From contig JALMLS010000379.1 of NCBI GenBank assembly GCA_038496445.1, positions 62,001-126,000 of the forward strand: a stretch of DNA of 64,000 nt. The letters run 5' to 3'. The stretch is from Trichosphaerium sp. ATCC 40318 (lineage: Eukaryota; Protista; Tubulinea). The position numbers and the translations under genes are program-made. The notes under the pieces are model-generated. The model saw only the letters and a program-made list of their open reading frames with translations. It made no database searches and was not told where the DNA came from. Shown one piece after another: positions 38,801 through 51,612 of the stretch. The number at the start of each line of letters is the position of its first letter. Positions within the stretch are counted from its first letter, which is position 1.

Positions 38801-41219
38801 GGATGCTGGTACTACTACTCTTTTGGGTGGTATCATTATGCAGTTGCAATTACCTGGTACAACAAACCGCTGGGCTTTTGTTGGCGTGTCTGTTGGTGAT
38901 TGTAAGGCGTTCCTATGGGACAAACAAACCGAAGATATTATAGATATTACTCGAGATAATAGGCGTAATCAAGATGCTAGAGATTGTGGTGGACGTCTAG
39001 GACCTTACGTTGGTAATGGTCAACCTGATTTAAGGTACATAACATTGTTGTACTGTTATCTGTTGTTGACTTCACTGAAGGAACTTGGCATGCTGGTTTT
39101 ATCCTCTAAATCAAGGCGATATTGTATTGATCGTATCAGATGGTGTATGGGATAACGTAGACCCAGTGCACTTGGGTAAGGAGCCAAGGGACATTGGACT
39201 CGATATTGTAAGTGGTTTTGTTAATTAGCAGATTATTTGATTATGTGGTCTACTATGGCTTATAATTTATTAAGGATACATGGGACCAAGCCACTGCGAA
39301 GCAAATTAGAGAGGTAAAGGTGAGGTGGATGCAACAACAGATGACGAAGCTTGCAAGAAAAGCAAAAGAGCAAACACCAGAAGGTTTTGCTGCTGTACTT
39401 TTACAGCACGCAAAGGATACTACCAAGAATACACGAGAGTACATGGAACAGAATCCGCAGGCCGCAGAGCCAAGCGATTATAAAGCATACCCTGGCAAGA
39501 TGGATCACAGTACAGTAGTTGCTATGCAAATAGGTATAAAAGATGCAACAATGTTTATTGTTAATCTAGTCCAATAGGTCCTAATGGTGATGTTGAGCCA
39601 GTCCAGAAATCTCTCTCAGCTGTATCTAGTAATAACAAGAAGATTGTAAGTAATGTTCAACCTGCGTGGTGCAGTATTGCTCGCCTGAATACTGACGACA
39701 TTATTAGCAAAAAGAATTTCATCAACTTGATGTTGATAAGTTTTATGATGCTATTCCTAAACGCATGTTGTATACAGTTAACCCTGACACCGTACGATTG
39801 CGTTATACCCGTTATATACTTACTTTCAAATAAGTTTCAATCAATATCAGGTCCTGGCATGCGTGAAGTAGAAACAGCGATCCCTGGTTGGGTGAGCGGG
39901 TTCAGCAAGTCACTCTTTCCAAATACACTTGCAGGTAAAAAAAATCGCTCGACCTCCTTGTGCTAAAACTTGCTAGATGAAGACATGAACGATGATGCTG
40001 TGTTTATACCGTACTTTCTAGTTATCCTTTTATTTTTATTTACCAACTTGTAGGCATGGCGGACCAATCAACGAAGCGTACGCGATGGAGTTTGGTGATG
40101 GAAGAAGGTATGTGCTTCTTACTTCGTTGATTGCTTTTCTCACTTCATTGTAGTGTTTGTTGCTTATCAGCAGCACTACGTTATGGTACCAGCTCTCAAA
40201 GCGCTGCTAATAGGGCAGCAAATACATTTATGGACTATGCTGCACTAGAACAAAAATCGATTCGAACGTCTCATGTAAGCCTACTAGTTAGCATTTCAGT
40301 TACTAATACAAGTAGGATGCCATTAAAATATTACTCAAAGGTGTTGAGTCTGCGCACAAGACCATAACACGAACTGACCGATACATACCTCAACCTTGTC
40401 AACTCATGGGCTCTATGCTCCTCCGACAAGATGTGGCTGAACCGGCTCTTGTAGATAACCAAGAGTGGATGTGGATTAGCGTAAACTTGGGGCAAAGTAA
40501 GGCGTTCTTATGGCGCCATAATACCCGTAAAGTTGAAGAGATGACTTACTGCAAGCGATTCAAACCGTCTACAGCACAAATCGGACCTCTTCTTGACTTG
40601 GAAGACATTCAAATCTACCATACATTCTGCGCAACAAATGATATTATCGTTACTTTGACGTCCAATACGAGCGCAAACTTTGACCCTGAATTCAATGGTA
40701 AGAGTCCATCCAGTGTTGGCTTGAAAGGTTACAATACCTGGGCCGACATGCCTTTTGATCAGGCACATGCTGCTAAGAGCAAGTGGCGATGTGAAGAGCT
40801 AGAAAAAGTGTTCAAGAGGAAGCTTCATCCGACATATATTACAAACACGATTATTCAAAAATGCCATGCTTTGACCAAGAAGTCCAGAAACCTAATGAAA
40901 GATAGCGAGAATGCTAATCCTCCAGCGGATTACTCAAAGTACCCTGGTGTACTATGTACGTATTACCATTCCTTTGAGAGCTGCCAGCGAAGGCTGCTTT
41001 CGTATTTTTTTCTGCTTTTTTTTCTTCGTATTAATGATGATATGCAACCACTTACGCATTTTAGGTCATGCTTCTTGTCTCACGTTTAAAATTGGCACTA
41101 TACAAGTACCTAAACCCCAAAAAGCGTCTAACCGAGAAGATTTATTGTCTACACGTTTCGAGAAAATGCCTACTGCATCACCTGTTCGTTTTGGTTCTAA
41201 ATTAACTGAAACTTTGTAA
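35835..41219 (+). CDS. EF-hand/SH2-SH2 protein fused to tandem PP2C-like domains
   Basis: FWMKSF..LDNGNTGYVT..WFQGFLS..GTFLVRFS (SH2-1); WFKGDM..GTFMIRLS (SH2-2); ALADGCNWG, GTTTLLGG, SVGDCK, DCGGRLG, VSDGVWDN, GKMDH (PP2C-like 1); degenerate second copy. Confidence 0.85.
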
Positions 41220-42651
41220 ATGGCTTTTCTTTTTCTTTTGGATCTATCTAATTCGAATTTGGAAAAAAATAAGGGCAAACAAAAAAAATTAAAGCAAAAC
41301 AAAATTGGGGCCAAGCTATCAATTATGTGTAAATAAATTAATTGTACTTTAACTCTAATGAAAGTTGTTGCATTTAATAGTCCTTTCCTAACCTTGTTCA
41401 TTGAAAGCTGTTTAATTGACGTTGCATCAACTATTTGCCTCTGTTTTATTGGTTACGCAGTAGGTCACGCTAGGGTGACAAGGTGCAGCAGAGTAAATCA
41501 TAACCATGCAACACATTCTAATGTTCCTTTTTGCAACGAGTAGTTTCGGTCCGTTTATTTAACGAGTACGCAAACCAGTATTTCTACTTCAATCGCACCT
41601 GTTAAACAAACAAGGTTTCAAGCTTAATTTGATTCATCAAGGCGTGACATTATCTGAACAAGGCTTAAGGCTTTGTTTGAGCAAACCAAACCATTGAGGT
41701 CATTAATCCTAAGCAGTATGCGGACGATTGCCAAAGGCGCAAACCACTCAGCATGTAGATCACGGAAAGTGCTTGTATATTCTATGGCTTCCAACAAGCT
41801 GATGAGCCATGCTTACGAGTTTTCAACTGTGATCTCTGTTGTTGGTGCATAGCCAGCTCAAAAGAGCTTTAAAGTATCGCGAATCTAATAGGTACACGTT
41901 GTAGCTCTTTTTAATGCATTAGAGTGTATTATAGAAACGCAAATGCTATTTTGAACTGAAAGAGCACCAAAAAGGTTACAGTGGCCTTGAGGTTATACGA
42001 TTATCTCTCATATTACATACACGCTCGTTTGAGAGCAAAAGTCAACAGAAAATCGGTAACGGTACGATCACGTTTTTTGAAACCGAAAAGGCAGGTAACA
42101 GGTTCAAACCGTCGCCAACGCTATGATATATTTACGTTATAACGTCGAGGCATATTTTGAGCGACAAGAGCTTGAGGGAAGCTACAACAGAAAGATCGAC
42201 CTTTTTTTGGATCAGAACAACACAAAAACACCTCAAATAACATGAACAACATACCACTAGTAAATAAAGGTTGATTACGCAAATTCTCGGTTCTTCGGAT
42301 TCTTATTATTTCGTATTGACTTAATAGCCCTTTTAAATATAGATGAGTCTCAAAATACGCCTGAAAGATACCACACGGGAACGCAGAACCCGGTGTGAGT
42401 AGCATGTAAGTCTTTTTCGAATTTCACTTTTTTTCACATTTGTTTCTCAACAAGACAATCCCGATTTACTTCATAACTCCACATCTTAAAACTCAGCATC
42501 GAAATCCGTATATCTACTACCAATTGGACTCGATATGCTTTGATAACTCTGTACAACACATTGGACTGGTTTTCTCAAAAACCGTCGCAAACCACAACTT
42601 TTTTGCAACAAGAAATTACTTGGTTAAAAGCAAAATCGATTTTTTATCTAG

Positions 42652-42969
42652 TGGAAGCATACGAATACTACAACTATAATATCTATACTTCTGCTTGACA
42701 TGTCAAGACTACTCCGAGCAGTGCGAAAGTACGCTCGTAAAAAATACAATTCTCTCCTGGGCAGACCATTAGTGATTAAAGTCACGGTCACAGTCCCTAA
42801 AAGCATCCTGGTTAATACCAACCCAGACTACACATACGCTCTGACTTGGGACCCACAGGTAGAAGACCTCTACTACCCACCTACAGGCGTATCAAATATC
42901 ATAATGATATCCAGCTACGACATAGATCTAGCAAAAATGGCATTCGAAGGCGGAAGCCCAAGAATGTAA
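42652..42969 (+). CDS. Orphan ORF (ATG at 42700) ending directly in a poly(A) tract
   Basis: The frame is open from a TAG acceptor at 42651; codons are rich in C/A endings; no recognised homology. Confidence 0.35.
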   Translation, partial: WKHTNTTTIISILLLDMSRLLRAVRKYARKKYNSLLGRPLVIKVTVTVPKSILVNTNPDYTYALTWDPQVEDLYYPPTGVSNIIMISSYDIDLAKMAFEGGSPRM

Positions 42970-42977
42970 AAAAAAAA

Positions 42978-43019
<42 letters not shown>
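42968..43019 (+). repeat. Poly(A) tract (A10-C-A41)
   Basis: Read directly; the longest homopolymer in the window. Confidence 0.95.
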
Positions 43020-43023
<4 letters not shown>

Positions 43024-43352
43024 GTAAGAAAATCCTTTGCAACAACAAAGAGGTTGGAACCTTTTTGTATACCTAGTTCACAAAAGGAACTTGAGTTTTA
43101 AGCTGACACCACTAACGGCAATGGTTCCAGTCGATCCAAGCATTTCAACTTTGTCACCTACTTTAGCACCGCCATGTGCCCTTGGACTTCTATTGGCTAT
43201 CCAGTTATTAGTTTGATAATTGTGTAAATACACCGTTGTAACTTTGATCAACTTTTGGGACAAGTTTTTTTTTAAGGTGGGTTTTACTTGCATTGACAAT
43301 TTGCTCTGCTTCGTTTCATTTTGACAGTTATCAATTGTTTTCTTGGTGTAAC

Positions 43353-45968
43353 ATGTTGAGATATATAAGTACTGGACATGCCGTTACGCGAGTGGCTACG
43401 GTAAAACTAAACATGTAACACTTTATGTTGACACTAGGTGTAGCAATCAGCCCAAAAACGTACCTATGTAACGCCCTCCAACTCAAAAGTATGCAAGAGC
43501 GCAAAGGAAGCGGTTGCTGGCATTAGAAAATCAAACACCGTGTAAGTGCCTTCTATACACTTTTATAACACTGTGTACCTACAAGCTGTTATATGCCGAT
43601 AAACTAAAACGTTTTAAGGCTCGTTGGTGGATTTGGCCTCTGTGGTATTCCAGAAAACCTCATCACTGCTCTACGAGATTCAGGAGTTGACGACCTAACC
43701 GTTGTATCTAACAATGCAGGTCAGCTCACTTGCAACCCTCAATTCAGCTTATTCGGTGTTAATAAAGGTTCTAGGCGTTGACGACTTTGGCCTAGGACTT
43801 CTTTTAAAGTCTAGACAAATTAGACGTATGATTTCGTCTTACGTTGGTGAAAACGCCGAGTTTGAGCGTCAATTTCTTGGTGGAGAACTAGAGGTACGTA
43901 GAAACAAAGAAAAATTTTTCAACTCTTCCTTTTGGACCAAAACTACAAAATTGAAAAGCTTTCCTGCCGGTTTCTGTGCGTTAACTGGTTATATAGGTAG
44001 AGCTTATTCCTCAAGGAAGTCTTGCAGAACGTGTTCGTTCAGCTGGAGCAGGTATTCCTGCTTTTTATACCAAAACTGGTGCAGGCACTCAACTTCAGTT
44101 TGGTGGCATTCCTATAAAGTGAGTAGGCGATAAACGGTGTTTATTTAGCAGTAGCGTGTTGACAGGTATTTTTTTTTGTAGATACAACAAAGACGGCACT
44201 GTTGCCATTATGTCTGACCCTAGACCTATTCAAAAGTTCAATAAGGAAACTTACTTGATGGAGAGAGGTATTTCTGGTGATTATGCATTGATTAAAGCGC
44301 ATAAAGCTGATACAAGAGGAAACCTTGTCTTCAGGTTCAAAAAAAAAAAGAAAAAAGCAATCTTCTCTTCGCTTTATTTACTTTACTTTCTAGAAAAACA
44401 GCTCGTAACTTCAACGCTCCTTTCGCTACTGCTGGTGATGTTACTATCGCTGAAGTAGAAGAGATTGTAGAGCCCGGACAATTAGATCCAGATGAGATTC
44501 ATTTGCCTGGCATCTATGTCAACAAAGTCATATTGGTATGTTCTATTAGAGTATCAATAAGAGTTGCTTTATTCATACTTCAACACGTGTCAACTTTTTG
44601 CTTCACCGGTGAAATAGACAGTTTGTTTTCTTTGATTCTTTGATTTTTTTTTCAGATTTTCAGTTTTCTTATTAATTCTTTTGTAAATAGGCTCAAAACC
44701 TTGAGAAACGTATAGAGAAGAGGACACTTACACAAGATAAAGGTGAAGAAGGGGAAAAAACACAAGCGCAACTTACAAGAGAGTTTATTGCTAAGCGTGC
44801 AGCAAAAGAGTTCAAGGTATGAAAAATCGCTTTAGGGTTTTTTTTGTCTTGATGAAAAGTGGTGCTCACGTGATTTAGGATGGTATGTATTGTAATCTTG
44901 GTATTGGTATCCCAACACTTGCTAGTAATTTCATAGAAGAAGGTACATCCCATACTACGATTGCCACACGAGACTAACACGTGGTATTCTTTTTGAAGGT
45001 GTTAAAATTGAATTACAATCTGAGAACGGTCTTCTCGGTTTTGGTCCATTCCCACGCCCAGGAGAAGAAGATGCTGATTTAATTAATGCTGGAAAAGAAA
45101 CTATTACAACTATTCCAGGATCTAGCGCATTTGGAAGCGATTTGTCATTTGGTATGATCCGTGGGTGCGTTGTCTTCTTGTCTTTTTTTTTTTCTTAGTG
45201 CAAAAAAAGTTGGATTGTTAATTTTTTGTTGTAGTGGTCATGTTGATCTAACTATTCTTGGTGCTATGCAAGTTAGCCAAAATGGTGATTTAGCTAATTG
45301 GATGATTCCTGGTAAGATGGTCAAAGGACCAGGTGGAGGTACGCTAGTAATTACATACAAATACAGTCGCTGCTGTTTTATTTACCTTTTTTTATAGCAA
45401 TGGATTTGGCAGCTTCTGGATCTCGTGTTGTTGTTACAATGGAACATACTGCTAAGGTAAATTATTTTATTAAATGTCAACTAGTAACCTGATGCATATT
45501 TTTTTATTTTGTTGTTGTTTTTCGTGATAACGTATTGACACGCATCCTAGAAAGGAACAAAAAAGATTCTAGAAGAGTGTACACTACCACTTACAGGAGC
45601 CAAATGCGTTGACCGTATTATTACTGATAAGGTACAAACAAACGAAAGGAATTACTGTTGATACTTACTAACATAAATCAAGTGTGTATTTGATATTATC
45701 GATGGTAACTTGACACTAATTGAACTTGCACCTGGTGTAAACGTAGATGAAGTACGTGCAATTATTATAAACTAATTAACTTTCATTATCACCAAGAAAA
45801 TAATCGATATCAATGACGAGAGTCAGAAGGGACTTCTGTTTTTTATTGATTTTTTTTTACTTTACAGTTTTTGTTTGGTTCGTTTTTTGACTTTGTTTTT
45901 TTTTCTAGGTTACAGCAGCTACAGGCGCTAAGTTTACTCTTGCTGCTAATATTAAGGGTATGCTGTGA
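43353..45968 (+). CDS. OXCT1: Succinyl-CoA:3-ketoacid CoA transferase, mitochondrial
   Basis: [44 protein letters not shown] active-site motif, [14 protein letters not shown]; 13 introns. Confidence 0.96.
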
Positions 45969-46070
45969 GACCACCCAGTGTTAAAACAAGAATAAAGAAG
46001 ACATTTTAGATCATACAATATCTATGCTTGGTTATTTAATTGGCTTGTAGTAGTAATAATAAATAGAATT

Positions 46071-46492
46071 TCAATATTTTGCGGTGTTTTTAGTGGGTTT
46101 GGGTCCTTGCGTTAATTTTACTATTAATTTTGATTTTAATGGCTGAAATACATATTCCAGATATTGTTTACGCGTATTTTGATGGCTTTAGATGTTTTGA
46201 AGCGAATTTAATTACATACCTATCAGATTTGCCTTTGCAACGCTTATTCAGTAGAGATTCCTTAGTTTCGCCTGTTTTTTTAGATTTTACCTTTTTCCAT
46301 CGCCTACACTTTGATTATTCTTTTAACGTAACGTATTTCGTATTCCTCATACAATGAACCATCCTTTGAGCGCTTTATTTTCATCTTGCCTTTCTTTCCG
46401 TTCTTTGTTGTCTTTAACACCAAACCTCTCTTCTTTTTCTTTTGTTTATCTACAGGATCCTTCTCCTTAGATCCTTTGCCTTTGCTTGACAT
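46071..46492 (-). CDS. Small Lys-rich hypothetical protein
   Basis: MSSKGKGSKEK... can be extended through two GT-AG introns (KDGSL-RWKKVKS.., KSDS-HQN..). Confidence 0.45.
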
Positions 46493-46580
46493 GTTGCACC
46501 TAAATAAAACAGTGTTATTCCTTACATTAAGTCACGTCCATTTTGTTAATATTTAAGTCAAAACCTGTACTTCCAGAAGC

Positions 46581-47604
46581 ATGTCGGAAGAGCCACGGAA
46601 AATAATAGTTCCCCCACTCAAAATACTTCTAATTGGACTACCTCATTCTGGCAAGTCATCGTTTGCAAATACGGTGGACCACGTGTTTACAGGAAGCAAG
46701 TATGAGCGAAGTGATACAGGTAGAGAAGTGGAGGTTGGCACAACCACATATTTCGCGTTAGACGTATGTCTACAAATAAAAACTGTTCAGTCCCACACTC
46801 TAGTAACAGGTAGCGTAGATTGAAAAAAAGTCAGGCGAGGCTCTGCTCTTGGAGACTGAACAAATAGATGCCCTGTACAGTCTTCGCATATTTGATTCTC
46901 CAGGTATTGATATGTCATCGTTCAAGCATATCGTTGGGAAACAAATGGCTGGGGTAAAGCAGGTACGTCCAGTCTGTTTTCGTTCTAGTTGGTGCGTTAT
47001 TTTTTTCTTTACCAAGCGGTTAGGGAATAACATTGAAGGCTCTCGATGGAAACGATATAAAGGAATTAAAAGAAAACAAGATAGACGTTCCCATTGTTAT
47101 TGTGAGCGCACGTGATGTACTGCAAAGAGTGTGCGGCTTAACACTATTTTGGTTTAAACTCTAAAAATACAATTTATGTAGAGGTAAAAAACTTGTTCCT
47201 GTCATGCCATCGTACCTAGTGGATCTATGTGACTACTTATATACAAAGCTGTGTACGTCTTCAAAATAATGTTGTAACTTTTTTGTAACACGTGCGCAGA
47301 TGTCAACCCACTTGTCGTTGTTACCCAAATGGACACAATTGAGAAACGTGCGCGAGAAGTTGACAAAGAAAGAATCTTCAAAATATATAACAAACAAGAT
47401 GAGATTGATAAATTGATTGAAGGCGTTAAAAACAAAGTGGAAGCTGTTTGTCATGACTCTACGATAAGTTACATATCATGTTGGTTGCCAAAAAGAAAAG
47501 GCAGTTTTGTTGATGGCGAAGAAGTCAAAGAAATAATTACAAAAGCATGTATTCGTAATCGTCTTTGTAAACAAAGGATTGAGATAGTATCGCAAAATAA
47601 ATAG
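46581..47604 (+). CDS. IFI44-like P-loop GTPase
   Basis: ILLIGLPHSGKSSFANTV (G1), GTT (G2), IFDSPG (G3), PLVVVTQMD (G4-like); 4 introns. Confidence 0.75.
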
Positions 47605-47716
47605 AATTACTAGTTAGTCAACACTCCCCTGTTTTCAAGCTGATTGTATACACTTATTTAGATGAATAACATGGATGAACGTGCTTACGAAAGTACAGAA
47701 GGAGTCTTGATAGCGA

Positions 47717-49439
47717 CTAATGGCCTTCGAAGGTGGCATAGTTGATAATCTGGTCAACAGCACGATATGTTAAATTACAGCCACTAGACTTTGAGACGGT
47801 GTCCTCTTTTTCTTGAGCCTGCAAGTCAGGACCTGTATCGTTTGTGGGGTATTGAGTGTGTTCTTTTGTATTAGATTGTGCACAATCGTTGGCTTGTTCT
47901 TCCTTCTCGACTGACTTACACACAGCAGTTTCTTTGTCTTCTTTTTTGCAGTTATTATCCGTGTGCTCAGCACTTTGTCGATAGTCTGTAATTGTAATGA
48001 CTTGAGCTCCATTAGAATTTATTATTTCGTTTTTCTCACTTCTGTAGTCAGTTGAACTAACAGGCTTTTTTGTCTAAGAAAAGTGTTAACAAAAACACAT
48101 TACCAAAGCATAGCTTTACCTGGATAAATGGATATAGATTTTTTATGAACCGTTGCAACAGATCTTCCAAAGAGGGGAAAACATGGATGTTCAGTGTACT
48201 ATTTCTAATAAGTGTAGTTGTGTTGGATTTTCGTACTTAATCTTACTGCCCAGTTCTTTGCTAAGGATACATCCGCCAAGTAACTTATTGTTGTTCACGT
48301 GCTTAGAAAAGTCATCCAAAAGATCATCATCTACGCATATATAAAATCTATTGAGTCGGTAGATTTGCCTAAACTCCTTATCTGTTGCTAAAAAGGAAAT
48401 ATGTTCGTATTTGTCCAGGTCGTATTTCTCAGAGTGTCGTTCGCTAAATGCATCAAGAGCTTCTTCCTTGCCTATAAACCTACATAATGGTCGTGTAGGT
48501 TTTATGTTGGTTAAGTTTTTTGATCTCGATTTATTGCTCTGGGCTGCACGTGTTGTTGCTTGGTTCAGAATAGAGTCATTTTGATTTTTCTTTGGCTCTT
48601 TTCTTTGTATTTTTTTTGGAATGATAGCCTGTTCAAGGCATGTAGGGAATCCTCCATTACATATTCTCAAGTAGTCTTTGTACGTTGCAGCTTGCACATT
48701 AAGACGGTTTAACAAAGGTCTACACATGTAACATTAAATTTAAGACTTCGAAAAAGTTCTGTCGTACTCTCTAAGGCTAGCGATAAAATCAGCACTCCAC
48801 GTTTCCTCTTGTTTCTTAGATTGTGGCAAAAGAATGACTAGAAAAAGTGGCCTTTCTCCTGCAACTGAAAACAAATATGATAAGCAGTTAATAATGCTTT
48901 GAATAACACGACAACGAGATACAACAAGAGAACAAAAAACCCAAATATGTACCTTTAAGTTTGTGTACAGTTTCGAGGTCTTCTTTGTATTTGTTGAAGC
49001 AACCATCTCCTGTTGAGAACAATACAACTGACTTACCCTCCGGTGCAGTAAAAATAACCACAATTAATGCGCAGTCTTTTGAAGGCCTGTCAACGCAAAC
49101 ATATCTGTACTGGTTATACAGCTAATCATATCGTAAGTGAAATAGGCTCAATAATATTACGTTTGTACATCTCTGAATCTTTGTGTCTCCTTTTCAGTGG
49201 ATCCACATACAAAAGCCATTTTTTCAGGAGCGAACAACCGTTTTGTAGCTCTGAAGTTGAGTAAATAATTGTCGTAGCAGTATTTGTTTAATGGTACCGC
49301 CACATTAGAAGATATTTATTGGCACGTGCGTCTAGGGTATGTTTTTGTTGCCGTTAATGCTAGTCAGTAAGGTTCGTGTGTTCCAAAAAAGTTTGGAGAC
49401 CTCACCAACGGCGCAGGAGTATGTGAATGAGTGTTTCAT
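47717..49439 (-). CDS. Hypothetical protein
   Basis: Most exons join in frame through GT-AG introns from MKHSFTYSCAV; one internal junction near 48060-48200 was not resolved; no recognised domain. Confidence 0.5.
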
Positions 49440-49629
49440 ATTTTTTGACAGCTGGCTTGTTTAGACGGCAGTCAGCCTTTAGGCAATGAACTTTTCAAGG
49501 TACGTTGATTTCGAACAGCGTATTTTGGCTATCTGTATTTTTACAAGTGCCTAAACCATAACACAATCTATTGACACAAGTACAAAAATTAAGTATGAAA
49601 AAAGATAGTATATTTTGTAGACTCTGTAA

Positions 49630-51286
49630 TTACATGCAACTGCACTTGTGTTTTGGGTGTATATTTTTTTCTTTGTTGCCCTTCTGTATGGTATACCTTG
49701 AATACAAACCCATCATTACTGCACTTTTAAACGCAGTTTTAACGTTGGTTGAAAATTTAGCACTAAAACAGTAAGCAACTCAGCATTTTTGTCATGTACT
49801 ACCTTGTCTCAAAGAATGAAGCACCAACTTCCTTAGCCAAGGCAAATCCTTCTTCAATAGATACTTCTCTACAGTCTACCAAATCAATCTTGTTTCTACA
49901 TACTAAATTAGCACTGTGGATAATAAATTTGTTCTCAAAGTCAAATTATAAGCTATGGCAAACAGTTGAGTTACAACCTTTGTTCAACAAGCTGCCACAG
50001 GCATTCATTGTTTTTTAAACTGAAGGCTGTACACGTTATAAATTACATACCCAATTATTACTATGGGAATTGGCATGTCAGTATCATTAAAGTACTGTTG
50101 AGTTAGTTATTAGTTTTTAATTTACTTGTTGTACCTTTGTATGGCTGATGTAGTCGATGATTTTTTTTACTTCTTTGAATGATTCACGTGATGACACAGA
50201 GTACACAATTATGTTCATAGCCTAAATGGTAAAAAAAAGTCCAGTTAACCTTGGAAAGTGACAAGAAAGGTACCCATTTGTTAAAGTTATTTTCAGGTAG
50301 TTCATACAATGATTTTGCTACTTTTTCTAAAGAAGGTCATTAAGAGAAAAAAAACATACAAAAGAACTCCTTGATAGCCGCCAAATTTCTACCTGGTGAA
50401 TCCCAAATATCTATTGTAAGAACTAATCCTTCAACGTCTATCATCTTACGATACCATTCTTCGATGAGTGGCTCCATGTGACTAACAAAATCAGGATAAA
50501 CGATTGAAAGAAAAATTGTAGTACCAAGTACTGAAGATATCGTGAACAAACCTAATTGTTAATGAACTCTTTCCTACATAAGTAATTAATATTTTTACTC
50601 CTTTAGTTCTTATGCTGTTATACTGATAACATCTTAAAAATGTGAACATACCAGATCCATCCTTTCCCCATACCATCATACGGTATAAATCTGATCTGTC
50701 ACGTTGTTCTTTAACAGCTGACTTTAATATTTTCTTATCAAATTCTGGTACATAACTACCACGTGATAAGCACTAGTTTAATACAAAAAAGGTCTATGCT
50801 ATGCCATGCCAATGCGTTCATAAATAAAGCAGGTACCTAAAGCCTTCTGTAGACGTTTTGTAGCTTTGAAGTTTTGACTTCCAAAAATGGTGTTTCATTC
50901 CTTTGTCTTGGTTGTCAATCAACTCTGTCAACTCCTTTTCAATGGGATCTGTAGCAAGTAAGTACTATGACACCTATATATCGTAGAGTTGCATACCCAA
51001 GTCTATGAGGCGCTTGAATTGTTGTGCAAAAGCAATTTTCCATACAATGTCATCACAACTATTTTCGATGTAAAAAAACCAGGTTTTGACTTTCAGTGTT
51101 CATGTAAGTTTGCGTACCTAAGTTCGTACATGTCCTTGCTTGTTTGTGACAAAACGCAAAGGTCTTTATATGATACAAACTTAAAAATAAACACAATTAT
51201 CTCCGCGGGCACTGTTTTTAGAACATTTTCCGCTGTAGGACAAAAAAGATGAATAATTAGCACTAAACAATTAGCAATGTACCCAT
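49630..51286 (-). CDS. F-box + Ras-family GTPase fusion with CAAX-like end
   Basis: F-box VLKTVPAEIIVFIFKFVSYKDLCVLSQTSK..DDIVWK; GKDGSGKSSL, IDIWDSP, GNKID, ETSAK, C-terminal KCSCM*. Confidence 0.85.
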
Positions 51287-51612
51287 TCTGTGTTAAACTC
51301 GTTTAATGACTGTCCGTTATTAAATATAGTGCAACCAATGTTATATTGAGTCTTATTCAGTCACATGGGTCGTTTTTCCCTTATGTCATTACATCCAACT
51401 TTTTCGCTCTTTTGCAAAGTTCTTCTTTCCTCACGTGACAGCTTCCAAATTGAGAGTACCCTTGATACCACAATATACGTAGGGCCTAAAGAAGGTCATT
51501 CCAGCACAGTAACTGTATGTATAACTTAACACGGTTAATAAAATGCTGCAGTTCACAGAAAAACAATATATTACAGTTTTCACACGTCTAAAACAACGGT
51601 TCCTGTATCCAG

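Noticed and set aside
41640-41900. Coding-like fragment between the SH2-PP2C and OXCT genes
   Set aside because: Stops in the plus-strand frames examined and no recognisable family; cannot support a call.
42095-42120. GGTTCAAACC B-box/T-loop-like motif suggesting a tRNA or SINE
   Set aside because: The flanks do not form a T-stem or cloverleaf.
50760-50835. GC donor (GCATGG) in the F-box-Ras gene
   Set aside because: A canonical GTACCT donor with a GTAG acceptor gives the continuous frame.
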